From Candidatus Hermodarchaeota archaeon (GTDB lineage Archaea > Asgardarchaeota > Lokiarchaeia > Sigyniarchaeales > SOKP01): a stretch of DNA of 12,035 nucleotides. Position numbers and translations under genes: made by a program. The DNA is taken from NCBI GenBank assembly GCA_048885925.1, contig JBHLLG010000088.1, forward strand, positions 1 to 12,035, given 5' to 3'. This document shows positions 1-7,204 of the stretch, in pieces (within the stretch, counting starts at the first letter, position 1; each line of letters starts with the position of its first letter). The notes under the pieces are model-generated. The model was not told where the DNA came from. It searched no databases and worked only from the letters and a program-made list of their open reading frames with translations.

Positions 1-885
1 CGGGATCAAATTAAAGAAAATCTAATTCCGATTAAATTTCACTGTACTGGATTAAAGGGTGGACATTCTGGAGAAGATTGTAATAAAGGAAGAGGAAATG
101 CCATAAAAATTTTAATTCAAATCCTGTGGAAATTAAATAAAATATACTCGTTTTATCTTAACTCTATAAATGGAGGAGGAGCAGCTAATGCTATTCCAAG
201 AGAGGCGAAAGCCATTATATTTGTTAAAAATGAAGACTTTTCAGCTATTAAGGCTTCTAGTCAAGAATTTTTCATAGAAATAAAAAAACAATTTGAAGGA
301 GTTGAAATGGATATGAATTTATCTATTAAAAATGCGGAAGATCTTGATGAGTATGAAATCTTGACTCCAACTTTCCAAGATAAATTGTTTGATGTTCTAT
401 ATTTAATTCCAAGTCAAGTAATCTCTATGCATCCAAAAATAGAAAACTTACCATTCTCCTCCACAAATTTAGGTGTCCTAAAAACAAAAAAAGATTATAT
501 AAAAATTCGTATGTTACATCGAAGTTTTAGTAGTTATTATAATGAAGAAACTTGTGAAAAAGTTTTTGAACTATTAAAAATGTCTGGTTTAAAAACAGAA
601 AGGATAATTCGGAGTAGTTATCCTCCTTGGACTCCAAATTTTAATTACAAACTTCTAAACATAACTAAAACTGCATATAAAGATACTTTTAACAAAGAAC
701 CAAACATTAGGGCGATTCATGGAGGTTTAGAAGCGACCATATTGATAAATAAAATACCAGGAATAGAGGCTATAGCAATTGGTCCCACAGCGAAAGGACT
801 TCATTCACCCGATGAAAGTTTACATATTAAATCTGTTGAGAGGATATGGACCTTTTTAATTAACCTTTTGAAAAAATTAGATTGA
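1..885 (+). CDS. pepD: Aminoacyl-histidine dipeptidase (peptidase D, M20C family), 5'-truncated by the window edge
   Basis: Frame 1 is open from base 1 (RDQIKENLIPIKFHCTGLKGGHSGEDCNKGRGNAIK...) and continues into the 307..885 ORF. PepD motifs present: GLKGGHSG, GRGNA, INGGGAANAIPRE, SSTNLG, YPPWTP, AIHGGLE, IGPT..GLHSPDE. It ends at TGA 883-885. The ATG at 307 is internal. Confidence 0.93.
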   Translation, partial: RDQIKENLIPIKFHCTGLKGGHSGEDCNKGRGNAIKILIQILWKLNKIYSFYLNSINGGGAANAIPREAKAIIFVKNEDFSAIKASSQEFFIEIKKQFEGVEMDMNLSIKNAEDLDEYEILTPTFQDKLFDVLYLIPSQVISMHPKIENLPFSSTNLGVLKTKKDYIKIRMLHRSFSSYYNEETCEKVFELLKMSGLKTERIIRSSYPPWTPNFNYKLLNITKTAYKDTFNKEPNIRAIHGGLEATILINKIPGIEAIAIGPTAKGLHSPDESLHIKSVERIWTFLINLLKKLD

Positions 886-886
886 A

Positions 887-905
887 ATAAAAAATTTTTT
901 TTTAT
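887..905 (+). terminator. Oligo-T (T9) archaeal-type terminator candidate after pepD
   Basis: ATAAAAAA-TTTTTTTTTAT directly follows the stop codon; the T9 run is at 895-903. Confidence 0.45.
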
Positions 906-964
906 AGATTATTGCTTATTTTGGGGAAATATTAAAATATTATATTCGAAAGGACTATTGTAAG

Positions 965-980
965 AAAAAAATAAAAAAAA
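965..980 (-). terminator. Oligo-T terminator candidate for the CocE/NonD gene
   Basis: Plus-strand A7-T-A8 reads T8-A-T7 on the minus strand, about 25 nt downstream of the stop at 1004. Confidence 0.4.
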
Positions 981-1003
981 TTATTAAATATTTATAAAAG
1001 AAA

Positions 1004-3061
1004 TTATTGGAACTTTGAGCTAAATAGAATTTTTCTACCTGAAGCTACTGCTCGATATCCCCATTTAGAATGAACAACTACTACATTTAACTTTCCAACT
1101 TCACCTTGACATTTATATATATCAACATTATATATCCCATGGTGTCTATTTATATCCCATTTAAGCCATTGGTCATTAACTCGTAGGTATACTGCTTTTT
1201 CAAGTGTATAAAGTTCAGCGGTTCCTTTATATTTAAATGCTGGGATCTTTATGTTAACATAACCCTCAAATATTTTAGGTTTTGGAGATACTATTGGAAG
1301 TATTATATAAGATGGATGCATTTTATTATGGTAAATGGTGTTTTCAGCAGTATACATATCAGTTTCAGCATAAAGCTCGCCTCCCGTATTAAGATTACGG
1401 TCATGCTTTGGGAAATTACTACTTGAAATATCAACTCGAATGCTATGTCCCGCTTTAAATAATTTACAAATATCACCCATACTTATAGTAAATTCATAGA
1501 TATCAGTCGAGACTCCGCTTAATAGTTCAGGATCTGCCATAGAGTTTCGATATCGTGCTCTAATAATCCCGTCAGCAACTAGCATTAATTCTCCAGAGGG
1601 ATAAACATCAATTAATTTAGCTGTAAAATCTGTATCTGTACAATTGGAGGATGCACTAATAAAAACTTTGAGTGGACCAGCAATTTCCATATCTTCCGTT
1701 AGTGGTGGTGTGGTATAACTTAGAATGTCATCTCTACCAAATACAACAGGAGTTTGATCTAATGAACCAGCAGGTAAACCAAGATTCCTTCCTCCCCATG
1801 TGAGTACAGGATTCATTGGATCATAGACATAACTTATAGTATCTTCACATAATCTAGCTCGCATAGTATTAAGGGAACCATCATCATGCATATAATATTT
1901 TTTGTAATCTACACCTCCAGGAGGCCATTCATCAGCATATCGCCAATCTTCATCTCCAAGACAAGTATACCAGACTGAAGGTTCATCCATTATTCCAGTA
2001 TCATCACCCTTCAACCAATAATCGAACCAATCAAAGAAAGGTTCGTAGGGCATTTCACCTAAACCTCCATGAGTTCCAGGTAATATAAAAAGTTTCTGAT
2101 TACCCATGTCCTGAAATTTTACAAACGCATCAATAGTACATCTTGAAAAAAAGTCAAACCAACCAGCTATGTGTAGTACAGGAATATCAATTGTATCTTG
2201 GACATTAAGTTTATTTCTAAAATCATCCTCACTAGGATGACTCATTATTTCATCTCCAAATGGTTGTAGAATGCTGAAGCTAGGGTTTCCACCAAGAATA
2301 GGAAGACTCATCCATCCTGGTGAATCTACAGCGCGATTCGGAGGATATGGTAATACATGACTAGTTAGATCCATCGTACTCATATACAAATTATACATAT
2401 GGAGTGGAATGTTGCCTAATTCCCAAGGAGGAACAACTGTAAGTAAATGGGATTGAGAAAGTCCCTGAAGCGTTTGGAAATATGTCCATATTATGGCATC
2501 CATACGATAAGCACCTCCATCAAAAGTAAGATCGTTGTAGAGATTAGCACTGGCAACATAAGAAAGAACGGCTTCTAAGTGAGGGGGATTTTCTCCAGCT
2601 GCTAAATATGCAGTGTTACCTGATGCTGAACCTCCAAATATACCAACTTTTCCATTACACCAAGATTGATCTGCAATCCATTCTATTGTATCATACCCAT
2701 CAGGACCATCATCATAAAAGAGACGATCCACACCCTCTGAGTAATACCTTCCTCTTGTATCTTGAGCTACATATGCATAACCATAAAAAATATAATAAGG
2801 CCAAGTTGTTGGGTCATTTGGATCTGGTTCATCACCAGGAGCACCAATCCCATATGGGGTCCTAGTAAGAATTACCGGATAATTTCCAGGCCCAGGAAGA
2901 TATATTCTGGTATGCAAACTTACACCATCACGCATAGGTACCCATTCTTCTAAAAAAATAGGGCCATTCGGTTCAGCTACAACTTTAGGGATAGTAATGA
3001 AAGCAAAACTCGCAATAAACATAAAAAGCGCAAGAGATATATATTTTACATTTTTTCTCAT
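1004..3061 (-). CDS. Secreted CocE/NonD-family (peptidase S15 + PepX_C) alpha/beta serine hydrolase with a C-terminal extension
   Basis: Signal peptide MRKNVKYISLALFMFIASFAFITIPKVVA. Family motifs: VPMRDGV.L, PVILTRTPYG, QDTRGRYYSEG, DGYDTIEWIADQSWCNGKVG, nucleophile GGSASG, GWFDFF (Asp), PGTHGG (His), YVYDPMNPV.T.GG, DTDFTAKLIDVYP, GHSIRVDISSSNFP, HPSYIILP. Confidence 0.93.
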   Translation of the reverse strand: MRKNVKYISLALFMFIASFAFITIPKVVAEPNGPIFLEEWVPMRDGVSLHTRIYLPGPGNYPVILTRTPYGIGAPGDEPDPNDPTTWPYYIFYGYAYVAQDTRGRYYSEGVDRLFYDDGPDGYDTIEWIADQSWCNGKVGIFGGSASGNTAYLAAGENPPHLEAVLSYVASANLYNDLTFDGGAYRMDAIIWTYFQTLQGLSQSHLLTVVPPWELGNIPLHMYNLYMSTMDLTSHVLPYPPNRAVDSPGWMSLPILGGNPSFSILQPFGDEIMSHPSEDDFRNKLNVQDTIDIPVLHIAGWFDFFSRCTIDAFVKFQDMGNQKLFILPGTHGGLGEMPYEPFFDWFDYWLKGDDTGIMDEPSVWYTCLGDEDWRYADEWPPGGVDYKKYYMHDDGSLNTMRARLCEDTISYVYDPMNPVLTWGGRNLGLPAGSLDQTPVVFGRDDILSYTTPPLTEDMEIAGPLKVFISASSNCTDTDFTAKLIDVYPSGELMLVADGIIRARYRNSMADPELLSGVSTDIYEFTISMGDICKLFKAGHSIRVDISSSNFPKHDRNLNTGGELYAETDMYTAENTIYHNKMHPSYIILPIVSPKPKIFEGYVNIKIPAFKYKGTAELYTLEKAVYLRVNDQWLKWDINRHHGIYNVDIYKCQGEVGKLNVVVVHSKWGYRAVASGRKILFSSKFQ

Positions 3062-3085
3062 TTTTTTAATCTCTTAAATTTTGGG

Positions 3086-3093
3086 TATTTATA
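3086..3093 (-). promoter_or_regulatory. Candidate TATA box (TATAAATA) for a leaderless or short-leader CocE/NonD transcript
   Basis: Minus-strand TATAAATA ends about 25 nt upstream of the ATG at 3061, the usual archaeal spacing. The AT-rich background lowers specificity. Confidence 0.4.
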
Positions 3094-3284
3094 TCATTAC
3101 GCCCCTCCTCGGCGCTCAAATAAAGGAAGAAATAATTTAAATATTTTTTAAAGGTCAAAAATATCATAAAAAATGTTGATTTCTTTTAATTTAGTTGATT
3201 TTTTTTATAACAAAATTGGATTGGATAAATATTACGATAAAGTGATATATAAAAGTTTTGACATAATTTCAAAAACTTGGATCA

Positions 3285-3293
3285 TTAAATATA
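3285..3293 (+). promoter_or_regulatory. Candidate TATA box (TTAAATATA) for the trmO-like gene
   Basis: Lies about 28 nt upstream of ATG 3321, with no Shine-Dalgarno sequence before that ATG. Confidence 0.3.
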
Positions 3294-3320
3294 TTTGTTG
3301 TTAGAGCTATTTATTTCATT

Positions 3321-3827
3321 ATGGAAATAATCGATAGAGAAATTATTGATTTTAAAGAAAGGAAATTTCCCGGTAAAGTATGCTTTGAACCAATTGGAAT
3401 TATTCACACACCATTTAAAAGTCTTAAAGGTATCCCTATACAATCATCAATGTCTGATATTAAAGGAAATATTGAAATTCTTCCACAATATCAGTCCGGT
3501 TTAAAAGATCTATCCGGATTTTCTCATATTTATTGTTTATATTTTTTTGATATGGTAAAATTACCAGTTCCACTTCAATCAAAACCTTTTTTGGAAAATG
3601 AATTAAAGGGAGTTTTTGCCATTCGGACTCCTTTTCGCCCTAATCCCATAGGCCTTTCCATTCTGAAGATTTTAGGTATTGAAAAAAATATCATAACTGT
3701 AAATAATGTTGATATTTTAGATTTAACTCCAATATTAGATATAAAACCTTATGTGCCTCAATTTGATGCTATAAAAACTAAAAAAATTGGATGGTTAAAA
3801 GGAAAAATCAAGAAAAAACTTAGTTAA
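3321..3827 (+). CDS. tsaA: TrmO/TsaA-family SAM-binding protein (tRNA m6t6A37 methyltransferase N-terminal domain only)
   Basis: Motifs PIGIIHTPF, GLKDLSGFSHI, GVFAIRTPFRPNPIGLS, DILDLTPILDIKPYVP.FD...GWL; 168 aa. Confidence 0.9.
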   Translation: MEIIDREIIDFKERKFPGKVCFEPIGIIHTPFKSLKGIPIQSSMSDIKGNIEILPQYQSGLKDLSGFSHIYCLYFFDMVKLPVPLQSKPFLENELKGVFAIRTPFRPNPIGLSILKILGIEKNIITVNNVDILDLTPILDIKPYVPQFDAIKTKKIGWLKGKIKKKLS

Positions 3828-4245
3828 CGTAATTTAATATAAGAGATGATATTCCTATTAATTCTTTTTCTGAATACAACGCTAATTAAATAATATAATA
3901 TTAATTTATTTATTAGTAAAAATATACGAGTTATGACAGATTTCTAAAATTATTGAAGTCAGATGGGCTATAAAACCTAATCGCCTTATGCCTTATCCTT
4001 TTTCTTAGAATGAAAAGGAATATTTTATTCTTATTTACTTTTTTCTCAAATTCTTATTATAACAAGAAACACAAAATATTTTAACAGAATTATGAAATTA
4101 GCTATTGATACGTGATAAATAATTAATGTTAACATGAGATTTCTTTAAAATATTTGAAAAGAATTCTAAAAATCAAATTATAAAATTATTAAAACTCAAT
4201 TCAACAAAATTTTTGGTTTTATAACAAAAAAAAAGAAGATTAGAA

Positions 4246-5502
4246 TTACATAATTGATTTTCGTTTCTTTACTATTATAACTACTGCTACGATTGAAATT
4301 ACGAAAAGTACTAAGAAAAGGTTACTAAAAGGAATTTGTTGATCATCTTCTTCAGATGGAGTATAATAACATGGAATTATGACCGTAGGATCGAAACTAA
4401 ACCCTGTACTTTTTCCATACTTAAAACCATCAAAGAAAACAAAAACTCGAGAACCTATATTCCCAAAAAAATCCTCATTATTATATTGCGAATAATATCG
4501 TTTTGTGTCAATATCTACTCCAGTACGGTTAATTTTAAAGGCAGTTGTAAAATGTTCTTGGCAAATAAATTCATTATCATATGTAAAAGTAGCGGTGTCA
4601 TTTTCAGGGTTGCAAGAAAATGTACTTAAAACAAAATCCATAGTACCCTTACCACCTACATGTAATCGATCATTTCCAACTAAAACATAATCATCCCCAT
4701 AATTCATAGTTAAATCTGTTGGAAAACCCTCCAAGCCACTCCAATCTATGTCAATACCATACTTATAACTCGTTTGATTGATCATATGTCTTACTTCAAA
4801 TTTGTATATTACTGGAACATCGTATCTATTAGTAGAATTTCCGATTGTAGCATTTATAACAACATCAAATTCAACAATACTTTCCGTTGTTAGACTCCCA
4901 TTTAATAAAACCTGGTTAGTACTTAAGTTTACTTCCCCAATTTTATAATTTTTGGTCCTTATATCTATTTCACCAATTTTTTTTGTTTCATCCGGTGCTA
5001 TAGCCCAACCTTTTACTAACGAATTATTTGTTAAGGCTAGATCAGTCGAATTACCTTTGAATATTTCAAAACCATTAAAATTATACTCCGAATGCACTGT
5101 TTGATTACCATCTGAGGATACGCTTGTAAATGATATCCCAGATGTATTAACTTTATTCCAATCAACTACTACACCTCCGATAATACCACCATCATTGAAT
5201 CTTATCCGACCACAAAATCCCGCGTCTGAATATGTCCCATCCCTATAATGGATCCCCATAGTTTGCTCAAGCATATACATACCACTATCTTGTTCAAGCT
5301 TTATAGACTCTTCGTATGTTAAATCCACTTCTATGGTGGATTGATTCGCCCCTTCATGCCAATCCGCATTTGAACCCCAACCAGCAGATTTAAGAGTTTC
5401 AACTTTATATTTAACATTATTATTTGGAATGCAAAAGAATAGTAGAGTTAAAACTGATATAAGGAAGATGATATTTAGCCTATTTTTCTTTAATTTTATC
5501 AT
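4246..5502 (-). CDS. Secreted, membrane-anchored cell-surface (glyco)protein with a Loki-CTERM-like C-terminal anchor; function unknown
   Basis: Likely start is ATG 5502 (the ORF track uses an upstream GTG at 5514). N-terminal basic + hydrophobic signal MIKLKKNRLNIIFLISVLTLLFFC; beta-rich body with 12 N-X-S/T sequons; acidic linker PSEEDDQQ, then IPFSN, a TM helix and KKRK. Confidence 0.8.
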   Translation of the reverse strand: MIKLKKNRLNIIFLISVLTLLFFCIPNNNVKYKVETLKSAGWGSNADWHEGANQSTIEVDLTYEESIKLEQDSGMYMLEQTMGIHYRDGTYSDAGFCGRIRFNDGGIIGGVVVDWNKVNTSGISFTSVSSDGNQTVHSEYNFNGFEIFKGNSTDLALTNNSLVKGWAIAPDETKKIGEIDIRTKNYKIGEVNLSTNQVLLNGSLTTESIVEFDVVINATIGNSTNRYDVPVIYKFEVRHMINQTSYKYGIDIDWSGLEGFPTDLTMNYGDDYVLVGNDRLHVGGKGTMDFVLSTFSCNPENDTATFTYDNEFICQEHFTTAFKINRTGVDIDTKRYYSQYNNEDFFGNIGSRVFVFFDGFKYGKSTGFSFDPTVIIPCYYTPSEEDDQQIPFSNLFLVLFVISIVAVVIIVKKRKSIM

Positions 5503-5760
5503 ATTCTTATACACTAAACTTAATTTTTTAATAAGATACAGTCGTATTTTAAATTCCTTATATTAAGAATTTTAAATAGATAAAATTAGAGTAACTTTTC
5601 ATTTTTAAATATTTTTTCACTAGAATATTATTAAAGTTGATCATTATTTTCTCAATTTTAAAGGAAGATATATTATAAACTATTATTAAATAATTGAAAT
5701 TCTTTATCTGGATTTATCCATAATTATATTTAAATGACAAATTTTTCTATTAGATTATTT

Positions 5761-5791
5761 AGAGTTTTGTATAAAATTTGACAAAACATCT
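5761..5791 (-). terminator. Stem-loop immediately downstream of the 469-aa gene
   Basis: Minus strand reads AGA-T-GTTTTGT-(CAAATTTTAT)-ACAAAAC-TCT, starting right after the TAA at 5792. Confidence 0.35.
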
Positions 5792-7201
5792 TTAGTTTGT
5801 AAGTTGATTATTCTTCTTATTGCGAACTCTTTTAGCTTGAATAGCAATGGTTTCAAGAAGCCTACGCTGATTTGTTGATATCCAAGGACCTTCACAGTCT
5901 ATAGCAGCATAAGGAATATCACTTTTATTAGCTAAAGGACGAATAATTGCCTGTGAATTCATAGCAGGTTGACAATTAAAAGTTCCTAAATTAATTAAAC
6001 CATCATAAATCCCATTCTTTATTGAATGTAGAAATCTTCCCGTTATTATTGGAGTTTCAGTAAAACTATTTGAAGAAATATAAATATTTCCTTCTTCCAA
6101 TAAATCAATGAAATCAACATGAGGATCAAATAATAATCCTGAGTTTCCAATAATTTTTCTGAAAAGTTTACATTGAGAATTTAGGAATCTCATGGTAGCT
6201 CTATTTCTTTTAACTCTTTTAATTTCTTTTCTATCCTTTTCCTCTATATTATACAATTCTAATACTTCATCATTAAACTGCTCTTTTGGACTAATTATTC
6301 CCTTTCTAAATCCAAATCTTATTGTACTTTCAGCTAAAATAAGATTCATAGATTCAGCTATGTCAACTACTTTTGGAATAATTCCCTTTTCAAGAAAAAA
6401 GTCTTCTATTGGATAATGATCAAACATTAAGTTTAGACCTCCAAAAATTAGCACCTTTGGAGTTTCTTTAACTTTAACTTTAAGAGGTATTTTACTTATC
6501 TCTTTTGCCCATTTCAATAATCCTGTATTTAATGTTTTTCTCCCATCTTTTATATTATTAATAAAGACACCCGTAATTTCTTCAAATTTCTCCATGGCTC
6601 TATTTTTATTTTCTGCAACACAATATAAAGCATTTTTTGCTTCAATAAGATAATGGCCTATAAGGAAATTAATATTTTCCCAAGCTATTAATTCTTGATT
6701 TAAGCCTAAATAATTATTTGTATATTTAGGAAAAGCACAAAAAATTACATTTTTTAAATTTAATCTTGAACTAAATGTTTCCCAAAGAGCTGGCCATGCG
6801 CCGTTTTGGCATGGTCCATGTTGATCTATTGGAGTTCGATAAATCGTTAACTCTCCTTCAGTTCTATATTCATGAATATCTTTTAACACTGCTCCTGCAA
6901 TTGCAACACTAGCAAGACATTCTCTTCCAGAACAAATTTTCTTAGCATATTGTAAATCAGAAGCATCAGTTTCTTTACCTATTCGGACATTACGACTATA
7001 TTTTTTATATAAATTTATTACTAATTCTCTTCCATAAGGATTTCGTGGTTCTGGACTAACATATACAATTCTGGAATCATCAAAATCAACCTTCTGATTA
7101 TCACTATCGATAATGTAGCTAAAATCTTTAGAAAATTGAGCTTTTTTGACAAAATTTATTCTTTCTATTTCCTTATTAGTACATTTGGTTATTTCAGTCA
7201 T
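5792..7201 (-). CDS. 2-hydroxyacyl-CoA dehydratase-like (HgdA/B-type Fe-S) subunit, equivalent to the C-terminal part of large CoA-activase fusion proteins
   Basis: ICSGRECL, GPCQNGAW (variant of GPCRxGQY), YDGLINLGTFNCQP (variant of PFxCMP) and IPYAAIDCEG...RLLET. It lies directly downstream of and in frame with the activase ORF. Confidence 0.8.
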   Translation of the reverse strand: MTEITKCTNKEIERINFVKKAQFSKDFSYIIDSDNQKVDFDDSRIVYVSPEPRNPYGRELVINLYKKYSRNVRIGKETDASDLQYAKKICSGRECLASVAIAGAVLKDIHEYRTEGELTIYRTPIDQHGPCQNGAWPALWETFSSRLNLKNVIFCAFPKYTNNYLGLNQELIAWENINFLIGHYLIEAKNALYCVAENKNRAMEKFEEITGVFINNIKDGRKTLNTGLLKWAKEISKIPLKVKVKETPKVLIFGGLNLMFDHYPIEDFFLEKGIIPKVVDIAESMNLILAESTIRFGFRKGIISPKEQFNDEVLELYNIEEKDRKEIKRVKRNRATMRFLNSQCKLFRKIIGNSGLLFDPHVDFIDLLEEGNIYISSNSFTETPIITGRFLHSIKNGIYDGLINLGTFNCQPAMNSQAIIRPLANKSDIPYAAIDCEGPWISTNQRRLLETIAIQAKRVRNKKNNQLTN

Positions 7202-7204
7202 AAT

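Noticed and set aside
307-885. ORF-track start at 307 as a complete 192-aa gene
   Set aside because: The frame is open to base 1 with PepD motifs upstream, so the gene starts before the window.
2608-2953. Plus-strand ORFs 2608..2865 and 2762..2953
   Set aside because: Antisense shadows of the well-supported CocE/NonD gene, with no recognisable motifs.
4336-4690. Plus-strand ORFs 4336..4629 and 4505..4690
   Set aside because: Antisense to the surface-protein gene, with non-ATG starts and no motifs.
5600-5660. Minus-strand AUGA...UGA segment as a SECIS for the TGA at 7205
   Set aside because: No stable helix forms between the putative core motifs, and the AT-rich sequence matches such patterns easily by chance.
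5708-5719. Small dyad TGGAT-TT-ATCCA
   Set aside because: Only 5-bp arms and a single copy, which is expected by chance.
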